Below are positions 50,075 to 62,030 of a stretch of 64,000 nucleotides of DNA, one piece after another. The position numbers were made by a program, and so were the translations under genes. This stretch comes from Lama guanicoe (lineage: Eukaryota), in contig MU054117.1 of assembly GCA_013239625.1 (NCBI GenBank), positions 4,640,677 to 4,704,676 on the forward strand, written 5' to 3'. Under the pieces are notes generated by a model. The model searched no databases and was not told the origin of the DNA. It saw nothing but the letters and a program-made list of their open reading frames with translations. Numbering within the stretch: position 1 is the stretch's first letter; each line of letters opens with the position of its first letter.

Positions 50075-53000
50075 CTGGACACAGGAATCAGGAGGTCCCA
50101 GATGGAAAAGAGAAAGAGACAGGAGAAAACAAGAGGGCAAATTACATCAGGTTATTAGACATTCAGGTGTTGTTGTAGGTGTCCCATCCCCACGGTCTCC
50201 CTCTGACCCGAGCTGGTGACAAACGGCACAACCCCACTTCCTCGGAACACGAGGGACCATCTTCCCATGGAGTCCATCAAGTCCCTGGTCTCTGCCCTTC
50301 CTCCCCCCGAACCAGATGACGACCCCCCGGCAGCGATCTCCATACCTCAGTCAGAGCAGCCCCACTCCCCAGGCAGGCAGGCAGGCAGGCAGGGCTGGGA
50401 GAAGACTCCGGGACCTTCCCACCTCTTCACCCCACCAGCAACCTCAGCGATACTTACTTACAATAACTACCACGATGATGGCACAGATAGCTCCCAGCAT
50501 GATCATCATCTGGAGAAACACAGACAAAAAATGAGCCGTTGGAGTTGGGGAAGAAGGAAAGGAGCCGGGACTAGAGACGTGGGATGAGAACCTCCTCTGT
50601 CCTGGGGGCAGCGGAAGGAACCGCAGGCCACCCAGGGCAGCTGAAGGCCTCCCACCCCTCGTGCTTCCCTGCCAGGCAGAAACCCCTGCACCACGGCTGC
50701 AGCTTCCCGAGGACATCAGAGGGTCTGCAGCTTGCACCTTTCTCCCTCGTTCCTGTTGCCTGGAGGCTTTCAGAGGAACTCCAGTGGAGGTGCAGACTTT
50801 AAGTTTTTAGCCAGCTCGTTCATTTTTCATCATAAAGTGTTTGGCTCATTCCCAAAGGCTGCAGGTATTTAAATATATCTCTACTCTAGCCATCGTGTGG
50901 ATGTTGGGTGTGTCTGAGGAAGGGCCAGGTGAGAATTTTTCCCCAGGGGTAGTTTGGGAAAAAGCAGCTTGACTAACTGCTTCCAAACTCCTCCAAACTC
51001 CTCGGGGTCTCCCAGTCCGGAGTTAGTGGTTTTGAGTACTCTAGCCTACCCTGGTGGCCAGCTTGGGTAATGCAGCCCAAGAAGGCGGCTTTCCAGATTT
51101 GCCCCCAGGAGTCCTGCACGACGCAGATGCGAGAGGGAAGGAACGTAGGACCTGAGGGTTTTCCTGCCTTCTGTGCTTTGCGGCCCAGGAGAAGAAGGGG
51201 GAGAGGGCAAGAACATTCACCTTGCAGTTTTTCCACCAATACTTCCTCTTTAGCTTGGCAGCGCTGCTCTCAAATTGTGACGCTCCCGCCTGCAAAGCGT
51301 CGGCTCGGTCATCCAGCTCTGACAGTATCTGGTCCCTCTCCAGGACCTTGTCCACATTCACACGCATGATGTCCACCACCTGAGGGGGGCGCAGGAACAA
51401 AGCTGCTAAGCTCCCAACCAGAGAGCTGGGCAACGAGCAGCAAGTCTGGCCCTGCATTACCTCTAAGGGATGCCTGGCCTCCAGAGCCTTTAGCTGCCCC
51501 TCTATGAAAAGAGAAGTTTCCAAACTTCCATAATTTGGAAACTCTCAGAGAAGAAGCTATCCACCTACCTCCTCCACTTGTGCCTGGGTTTGCTGCAGTC
51601 GTCTGTTACTGGTCAGATTAGGAGGAGGGCCGGGGGGACCCCCACCTGGAGCAGCCCCTTCTGCCCCTTCGGTGGGTGGCTGAGCTGGAGCAGACCTGTG
51701 TAAAGAAGTGCCCAGAATACACAAAGTGAGCAAGACAAGAAAGGAGCCACGTGCACTCTCACGCCACACCACCAAAGCAATGGTGATAAGGTTATCCGCA
51801 GAGAGAAAGGATCCCAGCCCCTTGGCAATACCCAGTACAGAGACGCACCACAGAGGCCTGAAGCAAAGGATCCTGGAACAATTCGATGGGGCTCAGGGAC
51901 ATCCAGGGTGGCATCAAGAGATCTCATTTGGGCTCTCCTCCAACCCAAACTCAAAAACTTCCTCTGGCACAATGGCTACAGGGACAGAAGGGCCAGCCTT
52001 GGCCTAAATGGCATTTCTCTGGCTCTCAGAAGCCTTTCACATGAAGTCAAGCTGGAAAACTCCAATCCAGGTTAGGAGAAATACTTACACAAGACTAAAC
52101 CCTCAGGACAAGCCTATGGACTGAACAGCTCTTATTTGCAAAGCCTGAATATAAAAGGAAAGGCCCAACTGAGAGACTCTGCATGAGGGGAGCCAGTTAT
52201 TGGTCCTGTTTCACACAATGATTAGTATATCAAGGCCGCTGTAAGGACAACTTGGAGAATCATCAAGGCCTCTGTAGGTGGAGTGAGTCAAGACCATTTG
52301 CTTGCTTTGTTTCTGGCAGAGAAGATGGGGGTTTCACTTACATAGAGCTGGGGCCTAAAGCAATTGTGTTAATTAGGAAACTGTTCCAAAAGCATAGACA
52401 GGAAGGAAAAATACTGGAAATGGTCCTCAGTGTACCTGCATCAGAGACATTCTATCCCTTCCTTTTCTAGATAGGCATTAAGTCTCAGGAGACTCTTCGT
52501 TCTTTATGTGCCAAAGAGAAATTTTGGTTTACACCACTATACACAGAGGTCATTCTCTTTCCCTTAGCCTTAGGGGCGTTGGGGGGTATGGGAGGAATAA
52601 TCTAGTGTGGGGTCCTCAAAATAAACTCCTCCATGTCCCAACACATGGAAGCTAAATTCACCTCCTAAAGAATTCCCAGAAACCTAACCTAAGGCATGAG
52701 ATGTTCTTTGCCAAGGCAGAATTCACAGGCAGGAGGAAGATCTCTTAAATATGATGGAGAATGGAAATCACAATAAGAACTCCTTAAACAGAAGCAGAAT
52801 CTCACAAAACATACCTCATAGGAGCAGTCCAAGAGTAGATGTACTAGGGGTGAAGCCGTCACAAAGTCACCAAAAAGGAAAAGCTTTGACTACTCACAAC
52901 AGAACTAATACTCAGAAGTTCCTCCTCTCTAAGTAAATTTCTTTTGGTCTATAAAGATGGAGAAACAGCCCTCAAAGAGGCTATACTAGCAGATTACACC

Positions 53001-54341
53001 TGACTCATCCCCGTTAAAAGAACTGCTCTTCCATTCCCTCCCTAGGGCACCAAGGAAGCAAAGGAGAGAAAGCTACAAAACCGTGGGAGCCACCAGACTC
53101 ACATGCTACTACTGCGCTAAGCAATCTAGTTCTCTGATTGAAAGGGAAAATTCAATGAGTAGGGAGCAGCCGGTGCTTGGTCATGAAAGAAGTCCAGGCT
53201 GGTGGCACCAATGACGAGATTAAGGTCAGAGACTTCGTGATGCCCTTCTAGTTACCATGCTTTCCCCATCTCCTTGCTTCCGTCCCACATGGATGCTACT
53301 GGGAGTCAGTCAGCTGAGAAAGCTTCCCCTCCCCAAAATGAAAACACATAGAACCCCAGGGCTTGGCCAAAATGCACAGAACATCATATACTGTTAAAAT
53401 CGTAGACATCAAATAGAGAAAAAGGGTAACGGTTATAAAGCATTTATAACAGAAGGGACCATTTCACTTACTACTTGCTGGGAGTTGGGAACACTCAGGA
53501 GTAACATATCCAGGGACAGTTATAACCTTTAGGTAACAGAAGTAAATCTTTTCCCTTTTTTGTCACCAAGAGAAGCAACACAAATACATCTAGACTATGA
53601 TCCTGGAGAGAATGGGAAGTTCTTCATTTGTCTAGCCATAGCTCTTGAGATGGGGGTGCGGTTGGAGATGATCAGAGACTAAACTGAATGTGTTGAGGGA
53701 AGGCGGGGCATCCTCAGCTCTATTTCTCTTCCAAATATTTGGCGAGGACTCAATGACAAGAAACCTCCTATACGGGTGGCCTTGGAATGAATGGCTGCTT
53801 GGAATCACATACCACTGGCCCTAGACAGAGTCTTTCTGAGCTGCTCACCTGGCGCCAGAGAACTGGCAGATAAGTTTCTGGAGCTTTGCTCATTGCCAAG
53901 AGGGTGGTACACAAATTCAGAGACTGCAGGGCAACCCAAGTTACTAACTGGCAGGTGCACCCGTGACTGTCTTTCTAGAGGCCCTGAGAAGGGCTTCAAT
54001 CAACGACAAGAAAAGGCCTGGAGCCCCCACCCGGGTGTCTCCAAGTCCCGCCTTCGCCTGAGACCCGACTGAGGAGCCCTGCAGGAGAGAGGAGAGGGGG
54101 CAATGAAAGTGGGACCCCCGCGCCCCTGCCCCGCCTGTGGGGTACTGGCTGCGGCTGGTGCAGGAGTGGGGTGCTGCCTCTCCACCCTAGGGGTGGCCCG
54201 GTCCCGGGGCGGCGCGCGGCGGTGCTTCCCCGCGTCGCCGCAGCTGCTGCAATGCGCCATTTTCGGTCCCGCAGAGTCCGACGCGAAGGGTGAGAGTTGG
54301 CAAGGAGGTGTCGAGCCCCCCACACCAGAGTCAACTCACAT
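50058..54341 (-). CDS. VAMP1: Vesicle-associated membrane protein 1 (synaptobrevin-1, VAMP1A form), spliced CDS: 54341-54340, 51695-51569, 51379-51221, 50509-50458, 50074-50058; 118 aa
   Basis: [97 protein letters not shown]; split start codon AT|G typical of synaptobrevins; total 357 nt. Confidence 0.97.
50458..50509 (-). CDS. VAMP1: VAMP1 exon 4 (transmembrane)
   Basis: [17 protein letters not shown]; donor TAA|GTAAGT; read-through gives SKYR* ending at 50444. Confidence 0.96.
51221..51379 (-). CDS. VAMP1: VAMP1 exon 3 (R-SNARE motif)
   Basis: [24 protein letters not shown]...[13 protein letters not shown]| acceptor and AAG|GTGAAT donor. Confidence 0.97.
51569..51695 (-). CDS. VAMP1: VAMP1 exon 2
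   Basis: [47 protein letters not shown]| acceptor and GAG|GTAGGT donor. Confidence 0.97.
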
Positions 54342-55110
54342 GTCTCTGACAGAGGAAGGAGAGGTCCGTCTCCTCTCCCGAGGCTGCGGCGAGACACCCG
54401 GCTGGGAAACGCTGCGGTGAAGCCGACGGCACCGCCGAACTCAGCCTCCAGCTGACCACCCAGAGCACTAGCTGCGGTGGAACTTATCGCAGCTGCCGCG
54501 CCAGATCCAGTCTTTATTAGTACTGGCCACGCCCCCTGGATCACGCTGACAACCCTGCGGCCCAATCCACGCCCGAGACAGGCTCCAGTCCCGAGGCGAA
54601 GGCGGGATAAGGCCTAGAGCGCCCGCCCCTGAAAATTGACCAATCACAGCTCTCTGTTCGTCCTGACGCGGGAGAGGAGCGGTGCCGGGAGGATCATTCC
54701 CTGACCAATACATCTCTGGTTTGCTTACCTGTCTAACTAAGCGACGGGGCAGGGTGGAACTATGCGCCAGCCCGCTAGAGGGGCGGCTCCGACAGTTTGA
54801 GTTGGGCACTTTTGGGGCTTCCCAGCCAATCGCTGAGCCAGTCCTCAACTCTGGCCCCGCCCACGGCCCCCCGGCGCCGGCGCCTCCAGCCAATCCTGCG
54901 GCCCCCGCCGACAGCGGCGGGCGGGCCCTGGCTGGCTGCGGCCCCGACTCGGCAGCCCTGGGATCTACCGGGGGTCCGGTCCTGGCACCCCAACCTGGCC
55001 GGCCTTTATCCGACTTCCCTTCCTCTAACAGCTCTGAGGAGGCTGAATCCATCCAGGCAGAGCCGCAGGCTCCCGGGGCCCTTGGGCGCTGGGCTCCGTC
55101 CGACGAAAGT
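54050..55110 (-). promoter_or_regulatory. VAMP1: VAMP1 CpG island/promoter with GC boxes and five CCAAT boxes
   Basis: High CpG density around exon 1; CCAAT at 54562, 54640, 54705, 54826 and 54890; several GC boxes. Confidence 0.8.
54340..54341 (-). CDS. VAMP1: VAMP1 exon 1 coding part (AT of the split start codon)
   Basis: Minus strand GTCAGAGACAT|GTGAGT inside the CpG island; completes ATG with the first G of exon 2. Confidence 0.88.
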
Positions 55111-56199
55111 AAATAAGAGGGCTCTGTTCATCCGTCCTACACAGCCAACAAGGCCCTCACCAGTTTCCTAAATTGAACTCCCACCCACTCCTACCCCTCC
55201 CAGGTAGCTTACCACATCGACTCAGTTCCCCAAACCAGAAACCTGGAAACCATCCGAGATTTCCTCCCCGTTCATCTTTACCCGCCCTCTAATAATTCAC
55301 CAAGTGAAGTTGATTTTTCCTTCTTAGTATTTCAAGAATCCTCTTCACTTGTCTCACTGTCCTACTTCATTTCATTATTATCGCCTGCCTGGACGCCATC
55401 AGTTGTAAAACCATTATTTTATGTCCCTGTAAGTAAAAAGGTCGCAAACTGACACAATGCTTTCTTACCACTTAGAATTTTTATTTTATATTTATTGAAA
55501 GTGTTGCTTTATGTAGATTTTTATCATATTTCATTTTCATGCAATCATAAAAAGGAAAATAGAACTAAGAGTAACAGGGTCACAGAATTTGTAAAACCAC
55601 GTTCAGACGCTGACCCTTATGATTCATTTTTTTGACTCAGTCTTTGATGTGCATGATTTCCACACATCGTAGTCCTCTGTGTGTGCCATCAAGGGCTTTG
55701 GTGATGCAGCATTTCTTAAATGTTCCTTTTCTGCCTCTGGAATTTTCTTCCAAGCCTCAGACATCCATTTGGCAAATTTTGATTCTTATAAGCCAGTATG
55801 ACAAATACGGTATGACTGTCGTCTGGCTACCAGTTATAGCCAGATATCCCAATTTAGATGTTCAGATGAAAAAAAAGTTCCCCTTAGAATTAGCGAAATA
55901 TAACAGCTTTTTGTTTCATCTTGCCCTCACTCATATCCATCCTTTAAAAAAACCACCAGGGTCATCTATCCAAATGTCACAATCCTGCTTAAAACCCTTA
56001 AACAATTGCTCTTAGAAACATAATGTATTGATCATACATGTTTATTCTATCTCCCTTCTGAAACCACATCAAAATGAAAATTTGTAACAATTGAGAACAA
56101 ATTATAAACCGTCAAAGACAAACAGAATGGGAGGAATTGTGTCTGGCAGCATGAACAGCTAAGTATGCCCACCAGATTCACATAAGGTGGCCAAAAGAA

Positions 56200-56338
56200 T
56201 GTACAGTTTCCCCTATACATCTTCACTCAGATTCCCCCAATGGTAACATCTTATATAGCTACAGTACAGTATTAAAATCAAGAAATTGACATTGGTACAA
56301 TCCACAGAGCTACTCAGATTTTGCCTCTTCTACATGCA

Positions 56339-56369
<31 letters not shown>

Positions 56370-57480
56370 CTGTGTGTGTGTGTGTGTATAGTTTTATGCA
56401 GTGTCAATAGATTCCTGTAACCACCACCACAATCAGGATACAGAACTATTAAATCACTGCAAGTCTCCCTTTGTGCTATCCCTTTATAACTACACCCACC
56501 CCCCTCCTACACCCTTGACAACCACTAACTTGTTCTCCATCTCTATAACTTTATTTCAAGAACGTTATATAAATGGAATCATACAGTATATAACCTTTTA
56601 AGATTGGCCTTTTTTCACAGCATAATGTCCTTGATATCCCCCCAAGCCGTGTGTATCAATAGCTTTCGTTGCTGAGTAGTATTTCCACGGCATGGATATA
56701 CCACAATTGGTTTAACCATTTACCAGCTTAAAGGACTTTGGGGCTGATTCCACTCTGGGCCTATTACAAATAAAGCTGCTACAAACATTCATGTACAGGT
56801 TTGCTTGAACATAAATTTTCCTTTCTCAGGAATAAATGCCCAAAAGTACAATTGCTGGGTAGTAAGGTAATTGCATGTTTAGTTTTACAAGAAACTACCA
56901 AACTGTTTTCTAGAATGACTGTACCATTTTAGATTTCTACCAGCAATGTATGGGGAATCCAGTTTCTCCACATCCTTATCAGCATTTGGTGTTGTCTTTT
57001 TTTTTTTTAATTTTAGCTATTCTGGTAGGCGTGTAGTAATACATCACTGTTGTTTTAATTTTCATTTCCCTGATGGCTAATGATGTTGAACGTATTTTAA
57101 TGTGTTTATTTGCCATCTGTATATCCTCTTTGGTGAAAGGCCTATTCATGTCTTTTGTCCATTTTCTAATTGGGCTGTTCATTTTTTTTACTATAAAGTA
57201 CCTTGTTAAATAAATGGTTTCTCCCAGTCTGTCATTCGTCTTTTCAACCTCTTAATTGGGTATTTTGTAGAGTAAACATTTTCAATTTTATTAAGATCCA
57301 ATTTATCAACTTGTCCTTTAATGCACCACACTTTTGGAATCACACTTTGCCTAGCCCTGGAGTCTCATGATCTTCTCTTATTTTATTTTCTAGGAGTTAT
57401 ATAGTTTAATGTTTCACATCTAAGTCTATAATCCATTTTGAGTTAACTGTTGTATGAAGTGCGAAGTTTCGGTTGGGGTT

Positions 57481-57514
<34 letters not shown>

Positions 57515-57800
57515 TGGGTTTTTTGTTTTTTTCTGTTTTTTTTTTTTTAAAAAATTTCTTCCAAATTTTTTTTTCACTTTTCCAAAAATCAGTTGGGCAT
57601 ATTTGTGCAGATCTGTTTCTGGGTTCTCTATTCAGTTCCATTGATCCATGTGCTTGTCCTTCTGCCAATGATACACTGATCTAATTACTGCCAATAACAC
57701 AGTGGCTTAATGGTAAGCCCTAATATCAGGTAGAATTATTTCTCCCACTTTGTTCTTTTTTCAAAATTGGTTTAGCTATTCTAGGTCCTCTGCCTGAAAG
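56200..57800 (-). mobile_element. L1 3' UTR and ORF2 C-terminal part, antisense
   Basis: Minus-strand peptide [40 protein letters not shown]. Confidence 0.85.
56342..56387 (+). repeat. (TG)n microsatellite, one interruption
   Basis: Directly visible. Confidence 0.95.
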
Positions 57801-58359
57801 ATCATTTTTTAAATGCATTTATGTGAGCTGGCAAGAAAGTAGACTATAAGGGCCAAAAACTAAGTGAAAGCTGGTAACTGGAGAGGTAAACTGAGCACTG
57901 AAGCCTGGTTTTCCCTGGTTAGGGCATTCACTAAAAAATTTAATTTAGGCATAGTGGCCTCACAGGGTGCCACTGTAGCATAGAAGATAGACCCTAAGGC
58001 CTGAACAGGGTTGGAAATCTAACAGAAGGACTCTGCCATTAAGCCAGAACTTCAGAGGACTGTATTATTTTGAAAGAGTAGATTTAAAATATGCTAACAC
58101 CTGAACTGCCTCTAGGGTACTGCATAGAAAATTGCTAATCTGGAAACTGGGTGTCCACTAGAGATCTTTTCTTTTCCTTTTAAATATATGCAGAGGATTT
58201 ATCATAACAAGCAGTGGCTTTTCTGCCTGAATTCCTTACTGATCCTAAAAACAAAATAGCAGCAATTTAAAGTGGTTCTGGGTTGGCAGTGCCACCAAGC
58301 AGCCAGTCGAAGAAATGCAAATCTTCTCTGGATAAGCTCATCTTCAATCTAGGCCTTGG

Positions 58360-59180
58360 GGACTTTCCACAGATGCAGGTCCAAGAAAAAAAAAATGTGG
58401 TCAAGAAATGCACACAAGTAAAGAACAAAGAACCAAGAGCAAGAGCCAACAAAGATGGAGATAGGAAATAAGCAAACAGTTAGAAAACCAAGCCAAATAA
58501 TCCAATGTCTGATTAATAGGAGTTCTAAAAAAAGAAAACAGGATGAGAGAGAGATGACAAAAGTAACACAAGAAAAATTTTCTGAACTGAACAAGTCTTT
58601 CTGGATTAAACAGTATGGTACATGCCCAGCACAGTAAAAGAAAAAGAATCACATCAAGACACATCTTTATGAAATATCAGAATATTAGGGAAAAAGAGAC
58701 GATTCTAAAAACTTTCAAAAAGAGAAGAAAAAAAGGAACAGGAATAGAAATGGCAATTTAATACAGTATTGGAAGATAGAAGACAACATGGCAGTGCGTC
58801 TAAAATTCTGAAGAAAAATGATCATTACCCTAGAATTCTATAACAGCCAAACTATCAGTAAAGATCAATATATATCTACACAAGAAAATGAATATAGACA
58901 TCTTGCAGACATGTAAGGAGTCAAAGTTTTTACCTCTTTTTCCAAACAAGCTACAATAAGACGTGCTCTGGTAAACAGGAAAGAGAAAGGCAGCAGATCT
59001 AAGGAATGGAATGCTGGGTCCACACACAAAACTGGTGAAAGAAGATTTCTGGAATGAAAGTTACACAACACACCCACAAACAACCTGTCCTGACTAAAGC
59101 AGGAGGGTGGAAGAAACTGCCGGACAGTCTCCAGAGGAAAAAAACTGTAAAAGTTCTGACATGCTTAAATATTTGAAAAA
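58360..59180 (+). mobile_element. Decayed L1/HAL1 ORF1-like region
   Basis: A-rich; motifs CCTAGAATTCTATA.CAGCCAAACTATCA and AAAATTCTGAAGAAAAATGAT typical of L1 ORF1. Confidence 0.6.
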
Positions 59181-59188
59181 GAACGTAG

Positions 59189-59537
59189 TGGGGAGGGTAT
59201 AGCTCAGGTGGTAGCACGCATGCTTAGCATGCATGAAGTCCTGGGTTCAATCCCCAGTACCTCCTTTAAGAATAAGTAAACAGGGGGAGGGTGTAGCTCA
59301 AGTGGTAGAGCGCATGCTTAACATACACAAGATCCTGAGTTCAATCCCCAGTACTTCCTCTAAAAATAAATGAATAAGTAAGCCTAACTATTTCCCTCTC
59401 AAAAATAAAGTAAGTAAAATAAATTAAATACAAAATGTAAGACTTTTAAAAAAGAGTAAGTAAATAAATAACTGAATTACCTCCCTCCACCAAAAAAAAG
59501 GAAAGAAAAAATAAATAATTTTGTAATTAAAAAAAAA
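59189..59537 (+). mobile_element. Nested pair of tRNA-derived SINEs (inner copy 59283-59451 inside the tail of the outer copy)
   Basis: Two SINE heads; inner TSD AAGA(A/G)TAAGTAAA at 59268-59280 and 59452-59464; outer TSD GAAAAAGAA(C/T)GT at 59175-59186 and 59538-59549. Confidence 0.88.
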
Positions 59538-59679
59538 GAAAAAGAATGTGAACAAGTATTTTACAGATCTATTGAGACATATGGAAAAATTAGAGTTAAA
59601 TACACAGAAAATTATATTTTTTAAAAGAGGCAATTATAAACTTAAGGGAAAACAAAAAGTTGAATAAGAACGAGAAGTT

Positions 59680-60975
59680 ACCTCACACTCATGTCAACTG
59701 ATTTTTGACAAGCGTGCCAAGATCATACAATGAGGGAAGTAACAGTCTTTTCAGTGAGTAGTGCTGGGACAACTGGACGGCAACAAGCAAAAAGTGGAGT
59801 GGGATCCCTACCTCTCATCATTCAGAAACATTGACTCAAAATGTATCAAAGACCTAAATGTAAGAGCTAAAGCTAGAAAACTCTTAAAACACAGTTGTAT
59901 GTCTTCATGACCTTGGGAAGGCAGTGGTTTCTTAGATATGACAACAGGATAAGCAACACGAGGAAAAATCAACAGGGAATCAACAAAATTTAAAACTTTT
60001 ATACTTCAAAGGACATGATCAAGAAAATGAAAGGAAAACCCACAGAATGGGAGAAAATATTTGCAAATCAAAATACTTGTGTCTGATACAGTACTTGTAT
60101 CTAGAATACAAAGAACCCTTCCAACTCAACAACAACAACAAAAAACCAATTTGAGAATGGACAAAGGGCCTAAATTGACATTTCTCAAAAGAAGATATAC
60201 AAATGGCCAATAAGCACAAGAAAAGATGCTCGACATCATTAACCATTAAAGAAATACAAACCAAAGCCACAATGAGATACTACTATATAACCAGGAGGCT
60301 GGCTATAACCAAAAAGGCAGATAGGACCACGTGCTGATGCGGATGTGAAGAAATTAAATCCTCATACACTGCTCTTGAGAAAGCAAAATAATGCAGCCAT
60401 TTTGGAAAAGAGTCAGCAGTTCTTCAAACAGTTAAATATAGAGTTACTATGTGATCCAGCAATTCCACTCCTAGGTACATACCCAAGGGAAATGAAAATG
60501 CCCACACAGAACCTAGCACATGATTATTCATAGCAGTATTATTTAGAATAGCCAAAAAAAATAGACAACCCAAATGTCCATCAACTGATAAGTGGATATA
60601 GTATAGTGTATCCACATAGTGGAATAGCAATAAAAAGAAATAGAGTGCTAATACTACAACATGGAGGAATCTTGAACCTGTGCTAAGATAAAGAGGCCAG
60701 ACACCAAGGATCACAGTGTACGATTACATTTAGATGAAATATCCAGGACAGGCAAGAATCTATAGGGACAGAAGGTGGATTAGTGGTTGCCTACAACTGG
60801 GAAGGAGAGGGAATGGAGGGTGGCAGCTAAGGGGTATGGGGTTTCATTCTGGGGTAATGATAAAAATATTCTAAAATTGATTTTGGTGATACAAGCACAA
60901 TTCAGTGAATATACTAAAAGCCATTGAATTGGGTGAATTGTACGTGGATTGTATCTCAATAAAGACACAGTTTTT
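59680..60975 (+). mobile_element. L1 ORF2 3' part and 3' UTR
   Basis: Peptide LNIELLCDPAIPLLGTYPREMK; ends TGTATCTCAATAAA. Confidence 0.85.
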
Positions 60976-60977
60976 TT

Positions 60978-61200
60978 AAATAAGAAAGATAAGTTGCAGA
61001 TACTAACTATTGTATACAAAATAAACAAGTTTCTACTGTATAGAACAGGGAACTATATTCAATATCTTATAGGAACCTATAATGAAAAGGAATATAAGGA
61101 ATTTATGTATGCATATGTATGACTGAAACATTATGCTGTACACCAGAAACTGACACACTATAAACTGACTATACCTCAATTTTTAAAAATCTTTTTAAAA
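60978..61200 (+). mobile_element. Lineage-specific L1 3' end
   Basis: Same sequence family as 15230-15421 (CAGGGAACTATATTCA...TTATGCTGTACACCAGAAA.TGACAC). Confidence 0.8.
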
Positions 61201-61547
61201 AGGGATATTCTTATGCATTTAAGTAAAGAGATGCATTTTAATTTCAGAAAGAAAAAAAAAAGTTATCCCACAGTACACCACTTGGCTCAGTATTAAACAA
61301 TATTTACATAGTCCTAATAATGTAAACACTGTCTACTGATTTAAGCCAAAATGATGATATAACTAAACAAAAAGGATGAGGGAGGGGGCTGTAAGAAAGG
61401 AGGGCATTGGGGATTGTAAATCCAGTTTCCTGACAAGATGACTAACTTTCAAAATCAAACCTGGATAATCTATGGAAGCTCTAAGGAATCGTGAATTTCA
61501 AGAAGTAACAACTAAAGTATAAGAATGCCTTGGGGAAACTGAAGGCT

Positions 61548-62030
61548 ATTGTGGGTTGAATTGCATCCTCCAAAAATTCTGTGTTGAAGTCCTAACATCT
61601 AGTTCCTCAGAATATGATGTTACTTGGAAACAGGGTGGTTGCAGGTGTAACAGGGTGGTATTTCGGTTATCTCAGCCTTCAACTTCTGGGGTCTGCATGC
61701 TTGTCGTCAGCATGCAGTTAACGTCTTCCACCTGGTGGGGGATTTAGTATGTGCAGAACAACTCAAGGTTATGGCTCAGGATATTATCTACAGCTCCTGA
61801 GGAGGAACTAAAGGTCCCCAACTTTGTTTTGTGGCTAAACTACTATCTTGCCTTGCTTGACTGTTTCTCTTTGTTTCTGCATTTTCTTACTCCTCTGATT
61901 AAATTTGCTCTTTGGAATTTGGGGAAGGCCTAGGAAGCTAAAGTTTTTCTACAAACAAGAGGGAGAAAGACACTGGGGAGGGGAGAGGGGTTCTGTCCCC
62001 AGGAAGGCCCCACAAGGTCCTGCTGGGTTT
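61548..62030. mobile_element. MLT1 LTR 5' fragment followed by an ERV LTR-like segment
   Basis: TGTGGGTTGAATTGCATCCTCCAAAAATTC..TGTTGAAGTCCTAAC (MLT1 start), then an LTR-like segment. Confidence 0.6.

Noticed and set aside
53996..55171. Several overlapping ORFs of 100-194 aa
   Set aside because: Stop-poor CpG island of the VAMP1 promoter; no coding signature.
57426..57684. Poly-Lys and poly-Phe ORFs
   Set aside because: Products of the T homopolymer tract.
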